Of a stretch of DNA of 64,000 nucleotides, positions 11,189 to 22,703 are shown in pieces. This DNA comes from an uncultured Gemmatimonadales bacterium (lineage in GTDB: Bacteria > Gemmatimonadota > Gemmatimonadetes > Gemmatimonadales > GWC2-71-9): NCBI GenBank assembly GCA_963771275.1, contig CAVYSW010000009.1, forward strand, positions 1 through 64,000. Direction: 5' to 3'. How positions within the stretch are numbered: the stretch's first letter is position 1; each line of letters starts with the position of its first letter. The position numbers were made by a program, and so were the translations under genes. Below the pieces are notes generated by a model. That model was not told the DNA's origin. It made no database searches and saw only the letters and a list, made by a program, of their open reading frames with translations.

Positions 11189-12730
11189 TTACTCCCCATC
11201 GAGCACCTCCCGCACCCGTCGCGCGATCTCGCCAATGCTCCACGGCTTCGGGATCAGCGGCACGTTCGCCAACGCCGTGACGTCCCGGGTCTCCGCTTCA
11301 CAGTCCCCGGTGGACAGCAGGAACCGCACGCCGGGATTCTCCTGGAGGAGCACCTGGTACACCTCGCGCCCGGAGAGGCCCGGCATGAGCGCGTCGCTGA
11401 TCACCAGGTCGATCTCAGGCCGGTGGCGACGATACAGGTCCACGCCCTCCACGCCGTCCTTGGCCGCCAACACCCGGTACCCCAGGCGCTCCAGCACGCG
11501 GGTGGCGGTGTCTCGGAGCTGGCTGTCATCGTCGATGACCAGGATGGTCTCGTGCCCACCCGGTGCCCCAGTGGGACGACGGTCCTCCGTCACGGTCCCG
11601 ACGGGCGCGCGGACCACGGTGGGAAAGTGGAGCTGCACCGTGGTGCCCTGCCCCGGGACGCTGTCGAGGTCGATGAAGCCACGCTGCTGCTTCACCAGCC
11701 CGAACACCATGGACAAGCCCAGCCCGGTGCCCGCACCGACGTGCTTGGTGGTGAAGAACGGCTCGAACGCCTTCCCGCGCGTGGCCTCGTCCATCCCATG
11801 GCCGGTGTCGCTCACCGTGATGCGGGCGTACTCGCCCGCCGGCATCCAGGACCGCGCGGCCAGCGCCTCCCCACCGAGGCTCACCCGCTGAACCTGGATG
11901 CCGAGCACGCCGCCCCCCGGCATGGCGTCGCGCGCGTTGGTCGCCAGGTTCACCAGGATCTGTTGCATGGCCCCCGGGTCCACCGCCGCGATGCACTCCT
12001 CCGTGGCGCTCAGCTCCACCGCAATGTGGTCGGGGAGGATCTGGCGGAGCGTGGCCTGGAGGGTCAGCATCAGCTTGGCCAGATCGGTCGGCATGACCTC
12101 CAGCGGCGCATCCCGGCTGAACCCCAGCAGCTTCTCGATCATCGCGGTGCCGCGCGCCGCGGCCGTCTGGAGCACGTCGAGGGCCCGGCGCGGCTCGGTC
12201 GCCTCCGGGTCGAGCGCATCCCCCAACAGCTCGGCGTTCGCCCCGATCACCAGCAGCAGGTTCCTGAAATCGTGCGCGATGCCGCTGGTCATTCTCCCGA
12301 CCGCTTCCATCCGCTGCGCCTGCTGCTGGTGGACCTCCAGCTGGTGGCGTTCGGCCTCGAGCCGGCTCTGCCCCATGATATCCTCGACGGTGGTGTGCCA
12401 GCACGGGCGACCCCGGAACCGCACGGGAGTCAGGGTGAGCAGCGTCTCGTAGGGTGATCCGTCCTTGCGGCGGAATTGCACCTTCTCGCGCCACACGAAC
12501 CCCCGCTCCCGCGCCATGCTGAAAACCCGCTCGCCGTCGGCGCTGCTGGCATACAACAGCGACAGGTTGCCGAGTCGGAGGAGGTCCTCGCGGGTATAGG
12601 CGCCGGGCTCGAGCAGGGCGTCGTTGAACGCCAACAGGTTCCCGTCCATGTCCGTCACGCCCAGACCGACCAGCGCCTTCTCGAACAGCTCGCGATAGGA
12701 GCCGTCGTCGTCCCTCAGCCCCTCAGCCAT
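11189..12730 (-). CDS. PAS-domain hybrid sensor histidine kinase/response regulator
   Basis: PAS, GIAHDFRN H-box, NLATNARDAM, DTGHGM, FFTTK, GTGLGL, C-terminal REC. Confidence 0.92.
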   Translation of the reverse strand: MAEGLRDDDGSYRELFEKALVGLGVTDMDGNLLAFNDALLEPGAYTREDLLRLGNLSLLYASSADGERVFSMARERGFVWREKVQFRRKDGSPYETLLTLTPVRFRGRPCWHTTVEDIMGQSRLEAERHQLEVHQQQAQRMEAVGRMTSGIAHDFRNLLLVIGANAELLGDALDPEATEPRRALDVLQTAAARGTAMIEKLLGFSRDAPLEVMPTDLAKLMLTLQATLRQILPDHIAVELSATEECIAAVDPGAMQQILVNLATNARDAMPGGGVLGIQVQRVSLGGEALAARSWMPAGEYARITVSDTGHGMDEATRGKAFEPFFTTKHVGAGTGLGLSMVFGLVKQQRGFIDLDSVPGQGTTVQLHFPTVVRAPVGTVTEDRRPTGAPGGHETILVIDDDSQLRDTATRVLERLGYRVLAAKDGVEGVDLYRRHRPEIDLVISDALMPGLSGREVYQVLLQENPGVRFLLSTGDCEAETRDVTALANVPLIPKPWSIGEIARRVREVLDGE

Positions 12731-12875
12731 CTGTCCGGGCAACCGGCTCAGTGAGGTTCTCACGGATGCGGCCGATCTCCTTGGTGGCCGCGCTGGCCTT
12801 CGAGGTGATCCCGGCGGGGGCCGCCATCAACTCCGCCACGGGGCCGTTACCTAGATGCCGGCCGGCGCTCCGAGG

Positions 12876-13778
12876 TTACATGCCGTCGCCGTGGAGCAGG
12901 GCGTCGCGCCTCGAGCCACGGCGAGCGAAGTCGAGGCTCCTTCCCCAGGCCGCAGCCGGCGTTGGCGGCGTAAGTCCTTCCCCTTCAACGCATTCCGTGC
13001 TGCGGAGCACGCGTCTGCGCAACCGGTAGAGGTCGTTGGCCACCAGCTCGAGATCGGCCGCAACCCGGGCTACGGATCGTTGCTGGAGACGAGAGACCTG
13101 CCGGAGGTGCGCCAAGGTCAGCCAGTCGAGCAGGGCTTTGGGACTGGGGAGACCGTCCGCTCTGAAGCGGCGCTGGAGGGTGCGGGGCGAGAGCCCCAGG
13201 GCCCGCGAAAGGGCCGCCACGCTCGGACGACGTCCCGACGCCAGGACGCCCAACGCGCGATGGCCGAACAGGTAGGAGGCACTGGACAGGCCGGGTACCG
13301 CGCGCTTCAGGTGGTCCATGATCCACACCCGGGGGACCGCCCGGATCAGACCGACCGCCGCGTCCCGGAGGTGGGCCATGCTGTCGGGGTCCCTGGATTG
13401 GACCTGCACCCGGACATCGCCGGCCCGGGGAAGCTGGGAGTACGTCGTGAAGGCGGGCCCGCTCGCCGGCAGGTAGAGCAGAACGGGCCCTCCCAGCACC
13501 CCGTGCACCAAGCCACCAAAGCGCCGCGCCGCGCTCTGCGTCCAGGGATTCAAGTCGTAGACCAGGGCGGCAGACCCCGCGAGGGCCTGTGGAGTGATGG
13601 CGGACGACTCCAGGCGAACCGCCACGGCACCCGCCTCCCCCAAGGCGCGGGACACGGCGCGGCCCGCCCATTCCGACTCCACGCACACCCCCACCCGCAC
13701 CCGATCCAGGGGGGGGGCCAGGGGGGGGCCGGCACTCCGCCAATGACGGAGTGAGCGTGCGGTCTGTTCGATCATCAC
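12876..13778 (-). CDS. AraC-like HTH transcriptional regulator
   Basis: SVAALSRALGLSPRTLQRRF...GLPSPKALLDW...SVARVAADL. Confidence 0.7.
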   Translation of the reverse strand: MMIEQTARSLRHWRSAGPPLAPPLDRVRVGVCVESEWAGRAVSRALGEAGAVAVRLESSAITPQALAGSAALVYDLNPWTQSAARRFGGLVHGVLGGPVLLYLPASGPAFTTYSQLPRAGDVRVQVQSRDPDSMAHLRDAAVGLIRAVPRVWIMDHLKRAVPGLSSASYLFGHRALGVLASGRRPSVAALSRALGLSPRTLQRRFRADGLPSPKALLDWLTLAHLRQVSRLQQRSVARVAADLELVANDLYRLRRRVLRSTECVEGEGLTPPTPAAAWGRSLDFARRGSRRDALLHGDGM

Positions 13779-13965
13779 GTGCGAGATGGGATTCCCTCCC
13801 GGCGCCGCCCAACACCTCCTGCCGAAGTCAGATGCCGTGGAGCAGCCTGAGGTTACATGACCGCCCGGCTGGGTGTCGCGTTTCGCCGATGTCTGGTCGC
13901 GAATCGCTCACGCCCCCCCCGCTGAAACGTGCCATCCTGGACGATCCCTTCGTCAGGAGCTGCCC

Positions 13966-14201
13966 ATGACCAAGCGATTCCTCGGAGCGGCCGCGCTGGC
14001 CGTAGGTCTGACCGTCGTGCCCGTCACCATGCAGTTGGCGTGACCATGCGAAGACGCCCACGCTGGCGGTGTCGCGAGGCGTGTGCCGAGGGAGAAGAGT
14101 GCTGCCTCTCCTTGGGAGACCTCTGCCTGCTCGGGGGTAAGATCCTCTCCAACTATCGGCCTGCCGGTGGACAGTCGTGCTCGATCAAGCCGAGCTTCTA
14201 G
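13966..14201 (+). CDS. Small secreted Cys-rich peptide (indel near 14035-14080)
   Basis: AGGAG RBS, signal MTKRFLGAAALAVGLTVVPV, then in another frame EACAEGEECCLSLGDLCLLGGKILSNYRPAGGQSCSIKPSF-stop. Confidence 0.6.
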
Positions 14202-15273
14202 CCCGAGGGCGCTGGCTCGTACCGGTCGCGCTGGCGGCTCTGCTGACCGCGGGAGTCGCCGCGCGGGCTCGCTCCGGGCCCGGCGGTCCGAGCTCGGGAG
14301 CCGCGGGCACGGTGTGCGCGCCGCCCGGACTCGAACGGGGTGGAGCGACGCTCTCCGCCACCGTCGTGAGCGAGGCAGGCGACCTCGCCCTGCCGACGAG
14401 ATTGCTGCGTCCATGACCCCTGGATCTTCGTCCTGGACGCGGCCTCGGATTCGGTCGCTGCATCTGTTTCGCCTCGATGACGGCGCCCTGTTCCAGTCGC
14501 TGGGGCGGCGCGGCCGCGGACCGGGCGAGTTCTGGAGCGCCTGGTCCATCAGCTACGACAGCCGATCCAACGATGCCTGGGTCTACGACATCTCACTGAC
14601 CCGTCTCACCAGAATCGTCACCCCACGTGGCGCCACGCGACTCGCCTACGCGGACACGAGCATCCAGCTGGCCGCCGAGGGCATAGCGACCGGTGCCGCC
14701 TGGCTGGACTCGACGCGGCTGTTGGCGCCCGGCTTCTTTCGAGATGCGCGTCTCGCGACGCTCGATGGATCCGGGCGCCGCGTCGGGGGAATCGGCCGGA
14801 GCTCCACGGACTGGTCAAGGAACTATCCGCAGGAGAGCCAGGCTCGGCATGGCGCTGCATCCGGATGGTCATCGGGCGGTATTGGCCGATCGCTATCGCG
14901 ACGCGATCGAGCTGATCGATCTCGATCGGGCCACGACCACGACCGTTCAAGGTCCGGTGGCCCTGCCCCATGGCTCCGGCCCGCCGGGACTCGAGTGCGG
15001 TCGCCTACGTGGACGTCGCGGTAACGTCACGATCCATCTTCGGCTTGTTCTCCGGCCGCGGCGTTGCCACGTTCGGCCAGCGAGCCAGCTTCGGAGAGCT
15101 GCGTCCACGTGTTTGGCTGGGATGGGACGTTCCAGGCGGCGCTCCGCCTGAGCGGGGACGTGATCGCCATCGCGGCCACCGAGGACGGGTCGGCCCTCTA
15201 CGCGCTCAGGCACGAGCCGCGTCCCGCCCTCGTGCGATTCGATCTCCCCGCCGTCAGGGTCGCTCGGAAGTGA
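14177..15273 (+). CDS. TolB-like six-bladed beta-propeller protein (BF3164-like), multiply frameshifted
   Basis: Fragments SLGRRGRGPGEF, WVYD, YVDVAVTSRSIFGLFSGR, VHVFGWDGT. Confidence 0.65.
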
Positions 15274-15289
15274 CCGCTCGGCGCATCGG

Positions 15290-17433
15290 CTCGCGTCATT
15301 CCCGGCGGCAATACCCTGCATCGGGACGAGCGTCATGATGCGCCGTGCCAGATCGTCCAGGGACGTATCGCGATACTGAATCACGCCGCGTGGGTCGACC
15401 ACGAAGACCCCGGCCGTACCCCAGACCCCGAACGCCCGCATCGCCTCATCCTTCCCATCCACCGTGACCAAGGAGGCGATGCCGGCATCGTCTAGCCTAT
15501 CCCAATCCGCCGGCTCGAGCGGGCGCCGGCTCACGATCGCGAGTCGTGGCGCACCCGGCAGGCCGGCCACCAGATTGCTCAGTTTCTCGAGCCCTGCAAG
15601 GCACGTGCGGCACAGCGGGTGCCAGAACGCCACCACCGTGACATGCCCCTGCAACGCTTCACGCAGGTCTACGGTGTCCCCCAGGCGCCGCGTCACACGC
15701 ACCGAGTCGAACAAGCTCCGCGGCTCGGCTTCACGCCGCGTTTCCCTCATCATGTCTGACAGCGCGCGCTCCCGCTCCGCCGCCCAGACGAGAGGCGCCG
15801 AGGAGACGGCGGCCGGTTCGGTCCGCGTCTCGATCGTTCGCCGCCGGATCGACCGCGATCCTCGCCAGGAGCTGCGCGGCACCCAGGGTATCGGCCGCGG
15901 CCAGGCGGACCGTCGCCGCCGCCCGGAACCGGGCGATATCCCAGCCCTGCGCCACCGCGGAGTCCAGGTACGCGCGCGCCTCCAGCGTGTCACCCATGGC
16001 CAGGAGGACCTGGCCCTTCAACCCCAACAGGTCCGAACGGGCACTGTCCACAGACCCCCGGTAGCGCGGCACGCTCGAGAACAGCGGCCGGTATCTGTCA
16101 TCGGGCGTGCCGAGTCGCTCGATCTCACCGTCGATCCAGGCGAGCACCGTGTCCCTGAGCGACGGGAAGGACAGGAGCTGGCGCGCCATGATCGCGCGCT
16201 GCCGCGGCTCGATCGCGATCAGGCGCCGCGCCCACCGCAAGCACGCGTCCGGGTCTCCCGCCTCGTAGGCGACTCCGAACGCCTCGGTGGGAAGGACTGC
16301 GGATACCGCGCCGACATCCTGGTAGAGACTGTCCAGCAGCCGCAGACGCTCGCGGGGATTCGCTTCGTGCCCCAGCAGAATGTCGATGGTCCGGAGCTGC
16401 ACGGCGATGGGGCTCCGAGGGGCTTCACGCAGCGCCCGCTGGCGCCACCGCTCCGCGACATCCGCGACGTTCCATGCGACTGCATAGCGGTACATCGCCC
16501 CGAGCACGTCCGCGGAAACGGGCGTTCGGCCCAGCCGATCGTCGAGCGCGTGCACCCGTTGGGCATGGACCACGCGGAGACTGTCGAAGGCGTCGGGTCC
16601 ATACGCCTCCAGCTCGAGTGTGCTCCTGATCGACCATGCCTCGACGCGGTCCGGGTACAGCCGAGTGGCCTCGACGGCGCTCTCGAGCGCCTCCCCGAGG
16701 TCGCTGCCGACGGCCTCTTGAGTGCGCTGAAGGAGGGCGTCGTATGACGGGCGCCCGCTGGCGTACGCCAGCAGCTCCCACCCCAGGCTTCCACGGTGGT
16801 CAACGACCTGTCCCGCTTCATCTTCCACCGCGAACGTGGCGTAGGCGACGTCGGCGGGCAGGCGGAGGCGCGCGCGGTAGGTACGGTCGGATCGTCGTTC
16901 GAGCAGCGCCGTGCCGACCTGGGGTATGCCGTCCGGCCCCTGCTGATCGCCGGATCGACGGTACAGCGCGCGCAGCCTCAGCGCGGATTCCGAGCCGAGC
17001 TGGCCGCTGGCGTGATACGTGACCGTAATCTCGTCGACCCGCGGACGGCTCGGCTCGGCGTGAACTCCAGGGAGCTCGCCTCGGATTGGAGTGCATTGTC
17101 GAATGCCAGGCGGACGCCGCCGATGATGACGAGGACCCCGGCACCCGCCCAGACAAGCCGCCTCCATGGCCATGCCTGTACCAGCGGATCGGCGACCGGG
17201 ACGATCACCGGCTCACCGACCGCGAGCCCGTGCAGCACCCGGTTCCGGAGTCCGGGTGGCAGCGGCGGGATACTCAGCTCCCTGGCATCACGGCTCAATC
17301 TGCGGGTTGCCGTGACTCTGGACCGGCAGCGACCGCACCCCTGCAAGTGCCGGGCAACCCGGCGGACTGCCCGTGGCGGCAGCTCCCCGTCGGCGAAAAG
17401 ACCAAGCCGGAGATCAGTGGGATGAAGCAGCAT
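15290..17433 (-). CDS. zf-HC2 anti-sigma factor fused to a helical-repeat region and TlpA-like thioredoxin domain (two frameshifts; 3' end approximate)
   Basis: HLQGCGRC, TM helix, helical region (15731..17173 frame), then VVAFWHPLCRTC...VFVVDPRGVIQY (14947..15993 frame). Confidence 0.6.
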
Positions 17434-18017
17434 CAGTACCCCTTGAGCAGTGTGCCCAGTATGCGCCGTGCGCGGAGGACTCTCACCTTTGCCGCGCTCA
17501 TGGAAATCCCGAGGAGATCGGCGACTTCCTCGTAGCTGTATCCCTGCATCTCTCGGAGGACGAAGGCGGCGCGGAGCGTTGGGCTGACCTCGCCGAGTGC
17601 GGCCTCCAGGTCCAGACCCGAATCGAGGTCTGGTGGCCGTTCAAACCGTGGGAGGGCCCAGCTCCACCGTCGAGTCCGCGTGTCTCTCGAGCGCGCGTGC
17701 CGCAGCTTCATCAAGCCGGTGCGCGTGGCGACCCGTTTCAGCCACCCTTCGAACGAGCCTCTGCCTTCGAACGTCACGAGGGCACGCGGCAGGCCCAGGA
17801 ACACGTCATGCACGAGATCCTCGGCCTCGGAGGTGTCTCCCAGCAACGAGTATCCAATGCGAAACAAGAGCCCCGCGTACCGGTCGTACAGCCAGGCGAA
17901 CGCCTCCGGATCCTTCGCTCGGAGCCGCTCCACCAGGTCCCGCTCGGCATCGGTGCAGGGGCCGCTCACGGCGCGCTCCGTCGCAGCAACCGGCGCGCGT
18001 CCGGGCCACCGAGCCAA
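17433..18017 (-). CDS. ECF RNA polymerase sigma factor
   Basis: AEDLVHDVF, FEGWLKRVA, FVLREMQGYSYEEVADLLGIS...KVRVLRAR. Confidence 0.92.
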   Translation of the reverse strand: MARWPGRAPVAATERAVSGPCTDAERDLVERLRAKDPEAFAWLYDRYAGLLFRIGYSLLGDTSEAEDLVHDVFLGLPRALVTFEGRGSFEGWLKRVATRTGLMKLRHARSRDTRTRRWSWALPRFERPPDLDSGLDLEAALGEVSPTLRAAFVLREMQGYSYEEVADLLGISMSAAKVRVLRARRILGTLLKGY

Positions 18018-18042
18018 GGGCAGAGCGCGAGGTCACTCTCAC

Positions 18043-18414
18043 CTACAAACCCAGCCTTTCGAGCACATCCGCGGCATCGCTCACCAAGATGGGCTTCTTC
18101 ATGAAGTCATCCGCGCCCAGCGAGACGGCGCGCGCCAGCCGGTCGAGGCTGGCGCAGCCCCGCCCGCCATCGATCACGGCTATCCGCATGCCCGGCATGC
18201 GCGTACGCGCGAGCACGACCATAGCCAACCCGCGGTCCCCGTTGGTCGACAGGTCGAGGAAGGCGGCATCCACCGGCTCCTTTGGGCATAGACAGTTGGC
18301 CCGGCACAACCTCAGGGCTGGCTGTTCACGCATGGAGTGGCCGCGCTCGCTCACCAGCTTCCGCATGTCCCGGCGCAAGACATCGTCGTCACTGATCAGG
18401 ACGATCCTGGCCAT
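18043..18414 (-). CDS. Single-domain response regulator (atypical)
   Basis: IVLISDDD, AFLDL, LGADDFMKKP. Confidence 0.75.
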   Translation of the reverse strand: MARIVLISDDDVLRRDMRKLVSERGHSMREQPALRLCRANCLCPKEPVDAAFLDLSTNGDRGLAMVVLARTRMPGMRIAVIDGGRGCASLDRLARAVSLGADDFMKKPILVSDAADVLERLGL

Positions 18415-18514
18415 CTAGAACCAAGATGCCGCCCGAGGCGGAACGGTTACTTCCTGCTTCCGCGCCTGGGTACCCTCCGGATGGTGCCGCTGACAGAAGT
18501 AAGGTGAGACCGCG

Positions 18515-18907
18515 TCACACCAGCTCGATCTCCGCCCCGTGCCCCGGCGCCCCGGCCAGCCGGGCATCCGCCGTCAGCAGCGGCGCGCGCAACGCCTCCG
18601 CCAGGGCCACGTACGCCGCGTCGTACGCGGTGAGGTTGGACCGCAGCTCCCAGATCCTGGCGAGCAGCGGCGCGTGCGGATACCGCACCAGGGGGAATGC
18701 CGCGAGCAGCTCGATCGCCTCTTGGCCGCGTTCGGCCCCCAGCTCGCCGCGCGCCGCGTAGCGCCGCAACGCCTGCGCCACCTCGACATCCAGCAGCGCC
18801 GGCGCGCACAGCCGCTCGCCGGCGCCGGCCAGCCGCGCTTGCAGCCGCTCCGCCCCCGGCACCCGCAAGAGCACCTCCACCACGACCGACGCGTCCACGA
18901 CGATCAC
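18515..18907 (-). CDS. vapC: VapC PIN-domain toxin
   Basis: [10 protein letters not shown]...EV...LTAYDAAYVALAE...LLTADARL. Confidence 0.92.
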   Translation of the reverse strand: MIVVDASVVVEVLLRVPGAERLQARLAGAGERLCAPALLDVEVAQALRRYAARGELGAERGQEAIELLAAFPLVRYPHAPLLARIWELRSNLTAYDAAYVALAEALRAPLLTADARLAGAPGHGAEIELV

Positions 18908-19134
18908 CGGCGGTCACGCTCCCGCCGGATCAGCGCCGCCGGCGGTTCCTTGACCGTCACCGGCGCCATGCGCTGCAGGCGCTCGTAGACTTCGTCCATC
19001 GTCGGTTGCTCCGCGATCCGCCGCACCTCGCCCAGCAGGTACTCCGACAACGACTGGCCCGCCATCACGGCGCGCATTCTGAGCTTGCGGTGCAGCTCGT
19101 CGGGGACGTTGCGGATCTGAATCATCTTTGGCAT
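18904..19134 (-). CDS. FitA-like ribbon-helix-helix antitoxin
   Basis: [18 protein letters not shown]...SLSEYL; overlaps the vapC start. Confidence 0.88.
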   Translation of the reverse strand: MPKMIQIRNVPDELHRKLRMRAVMAGQSLSEYLLGEVRRIAEQPTMDEVYERLQRMAPVTVKEPPAALIRRERDRR

Positions 19135-19241
19135 GTGGCAAGCATGCGTGCATGTGCTGCACATGTCAAGCGGCACGCGCACACCCCGCACACTCCAGCC
19201 GGCGGCTGGCGCGCACGGGCTCTTTCTTCTTGGCTTTCCGC

Positions 19242-19262
19242 GATGAGTGGCATATACTCATC
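19242..19262. promoter_or_regulatory. Palindromic operator candidate for the second TA operon
   Basis: GATGAGT-N7-ACTCATC directly before the ATG at 19266. Confidence 0.55.
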
Positions 19263-19265
19263 CAT

Positions 19266-19523
19266 ATGAGTCAGCGACTTCAGGTCCTGCTCGACCCACA
19301 GGAGTTCGCCGAGCTCCGGCGCGTGGCCCGCCGCCATCACATGACCGTGGCGGAATGGGTGCGTCAGGCCCTCCGCCAGGCCCGCCGTGCCGAGCCGGCG
19401 GGCGATCCACGCCGCAAGCTGGCGGCGGTCCGCGCGGCCGCCGGGCACGACTACCCCACGGCCGACATCGCGCAGCTGCTCGCCGAGATCGAGCGCGGCT
19501 ACCTCGGCGGCGACGGCCGGTGA
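19266..19523 (+). CDS. CopG/RHH antitoxin
   Basis: [10 protein letters not shown]...[10 protein letters not shown]...[17 protein letters not shown]. Confidence 0.85.
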   Translation: MSQRLQVLLDPQEFAELRRVARRHHMTVAEWVRQALRQARRAEPAGDPRRKLAAVRAAAGHDYPTADIAQLLAEIERGYLGGDGR

Positions 19524-19915
19524 TCTTCATCGACTCCAACGTGCCGATGTACTTGATCGGCGCCGCGCATCCGCTCAAGGACACCGCCCGTCGCCTCCTC
19601 GAGCTGGCCGTCACCCGCGGCGACCGCCTGGTCACCGACGCCGAGGTGTTGCAGGAGATCCTGCACCGCTACCACGCGATCCGCCGGACCGACGCCATCC
19701 AGCCTGCCTTCGACGCCCTGCTCGGCGTGGTGGACGAGGTGTACCCCATCGAGCAGCTGGACGTCGAGCGGGCCAAGGCACTCCTCTTGGCGCCCGTTCC
19801 CTTCTCGGCGCGCGACGCCGTGCACGTCGCGGTCATGCAGCGACGCGGGCTCTCCCGCGTGATGAGCTTCGACGAGGGCTTCGACCGGATCGAGTGGATC
19901 GACCGGTTGCGCTGA
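19520..19915 (+). CDS. vapC: VapC PIN-domain toxin
   Basis: [11 protein letters not shown]...[10 protein letters not shown]...SARDAVH...SFDEGFD. Confidence 0.92.
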   Translation: MIFIDSNVPMYLIGAAHPLKDTARRLLELAVTRGDRLVTDAEVLQEILHRYHAIRRTDAIQPAFDALLGVVDEVYPIEQLDVERAKALLLAPVPFSARDAVHVAVMQRRGLSRVMSFDEGFDRIEWIDRLR

Positions 19916-20047
19916 CGGGGCGCGCTGCGACACAGCCCGGGACATCCGGTGAGTGCGCGGAGAACCGGGTGGGGATGTTCGCTGACACCCACACCATCCC
20001 ACTCCCGTAGGGACCCCGCAGGGTAGGCTCCCCGGGCGGAGGGATCC

Positions 20048-22601
20048 ATGGTCGGGTTGGTCGCGCTTGTCGGATTGCTGCTGAGCCCGCCGCGCGCGCA
20101 GGCGGAGCGACCGGCCGACAGCGCGAGGGCGGACCCGCCCACCGCGCGGGCCGCGCGGGCCGCCCAGCCCCCGGTGATCGACGGGCGCGATCTCGACGCG
20201 ATCTGGCGAACCACCCGCGCCATCACCGACTTCCAGGAGTGGTCCCCGACGGAAGGGAAGCCGGCGCGGTTCGCCACCGCGGCCCAGGTCGCCTACGACC
20301 GCGCGAACCTGTACGTGTTCGTCCGCTGCTTCGACCCCCACCCCGACAGCATCATCCGCCTGATCGGGCGCCGCGACGACTTCCCGCAGTCCGACCGGGT
20401 GATCCTGCTGATCGACTCCTACCACGACCGCCGCACCGGCTACGAGTTCGGCGTCACCGCCGCGGGCGGCCGCTACGACGCCGCGATCTACAACGACGGC
20501 GACGAGGACGGCGCCTGGGACGCGGTGTGGGACGTGGCCAGCCGGATCGACTCGGCAGGCTGGACGGCGGAGTTCCGCATCCCGCTCTCCCAGCTGCGCT
20601 ACGGCCCCGAGCGGGAGCACACGTTCGGCTTCGCCATCGATCGCGACCTGTACCGCTACAACGAGCGGATCGCCTGGCCGCTGTTCCGCCAATCGGCGGC
20701 GGGCATGGTCTCCCAGTTCGCCGCGATCTCCGGGTTCGACGACCTCGAGGCCCCGCGCCGGCTGGAGGCCGCCCCGTACGTCGTCACCAAGAACGTCTCG
20801 CGCATCGAGGCAAACCGCTTCGTGCGCGAGCAGGACCTCTCCCTCGGCGCCGACGTCAAGTACCGGGTGGCCTCCAACCTCACGCTCGACGCCACGATCA
20901 ACCCCGACTTCGGGCAGGTGGAGGCGGACCCCGGCGTGCTGAACCTGACCGCCTACGAGACGGTCTTCCCCGAGAAGCGCCCGTTCTTCGTGGCGGGCCG
21001 GGGGCTGTTCCAGGTCTCGATCAACTGCAGCAGCGTGAACTGCGGCAGCGACGGGCTGTTCTACAGCCGCCGCATCGGGCGCGCGCCGACCCTCGCGGAG
21101 ACGTACGGCGACACGACGTCACCCGCGTTCACCACGATCCTCGGCGCCGGCAAGCTCACCGGGCGGCTGGCGGGAGGCCTGCGGATCGGGGCACTCGACG
21201 CCGTCACGGCAAAGACGACCGGCGTGGACGGCCAGACCATCGAGCCCGCCACCAACTACGGGGTCATCCGGCTCGACCAGGACTACCGCAAGGGTGACGG
21301 GACGGTCGGCGCCCTGATCACCGCGGTCACCCGCGGCCTCGATACGTGGAGCACCCCGTACCTGCCGAGCAGCTCGTACGCGGGCGCCGTGAGCTTCCGG
21401 CAGCGGTTCTTCAACCGGACCTGGCAGGTCTCGGGCCTGGTGGCCGCGAGCCGCGTGTCGGGGAGTGCCTCGGTCATCACCGCCCTCCAGCGGAGCCCGG
21501 TGCACTACTACCAGCGGCCGGACGCCGGCCTGCCGTACGACACGACGCGCACCGTCCTGGGCGGCGACGCCGAGGAGATGAAGCTCGCCAAGGTGGCGGG
21601 CCGCCACCTGCAGCTCGAGACCGCCTGGCAGCGGCGCTCGCCCGGCTTCGAGATCAACGACCTGGGCTACCTCCAGCGCGCCGGCGCGCACAACTGGTCC
21701 ACCTGGGCCGGCTACTTCGACCGCCACCCGCGCACGCTCTACCAGAGCTTGCAGTGGAACTGGAACTGGTGGCAGATCTGGACCACCGAAGGCCTGCCGC
21801 TGGAGCGGGCGGCCAACACCAACCTGAACGTCACCCTGCGCAACAACTGGAGCATCCACTTGAGCGGGACCCTGGGCCAGCTCGGCGCCACCTACGACGA
21901 CCGCGCGGCCCGGGGCGGGCCCGCCGTGCGGCAGGATCCGTACGTGGCGCCGGGGATCTACATCAACGGCGACGACCGGCGCCGGCTGGTGCCGTATCTC
22001 TCGGTAAACGGCTTCCGCGGCGGGGCCGGGCATGCACACTCCGTGAGCGTGGGCCCCGGGCTCGATCTCAAGCTGTCGAGCCGGCTCGCGGTATCGGCGT
22101 CGCTCGACTGGTCGAAGAACGACAACGGCTACCAGTGGTACGGCAACGCCACCGACTCGCTGGGGCAGACCCACTACGGCTTCGCCCGCCTCCGAGCAGA
22201 CGACGGAAGGGATCACCGCGCGGATCAACTACACGATCACGCCGACCATGACGCTCCAGGTCTACGCCCAGCCGTTCGTCTCGAAGGGGACCTACAGCGA
22301 CCTGCGCGAGCTGTCGGCGACGCCGCGCGCCGCGCGGTACGACGACCGCTACCAGCCGTACTACGACGCGGCGACGGCGGCCGACCCCGGCGGGTTCAAC
22401 TACAAGCAGTTCCGCTCCAACGCGGTGTTCCGCTGGGAGTACCTGCCCGGCTCGATCCTGTTCGTGGTCTGGACCCAGGGCCGCCAGGGCGCGGTCGGCG
22501 AGGAAGGGGCCGCGAGCTTCTTCGGCGACCTGCGCGAGCTGTTCCACCTGCGCGCCGACAACACGTTCCTCGTCAAGCTCTCGTACTGGCTCAACCGGTA
22601 G
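20048..22601 (+). CDS. CBM9-like/DUF5916 outer-membrane protein, frameshift near 22195
   Basis: Signal peptide, PVIDG, WTAEFRIP, LDATINPDFGQVEAD, FPEKRPFF, C-terminal FLVKLSYW. Confidence 0.85.
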
Positions 22602-22703
22602 CCGCGACGGCGGGAGGATGTCGGGGGCCGCATCTCGATGTATCATGAATTGCAGTCACGAATACTCAATATTCAATGATGAATGCTCAAATGAGGAGCA
22701 GGC

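Noticed and set aside
13900..13930. Shared CGCTCAC-C-rich-GAAAC motif with 25307-25325
   Set aside because: Only two loose GC-rich copies; could be chance.
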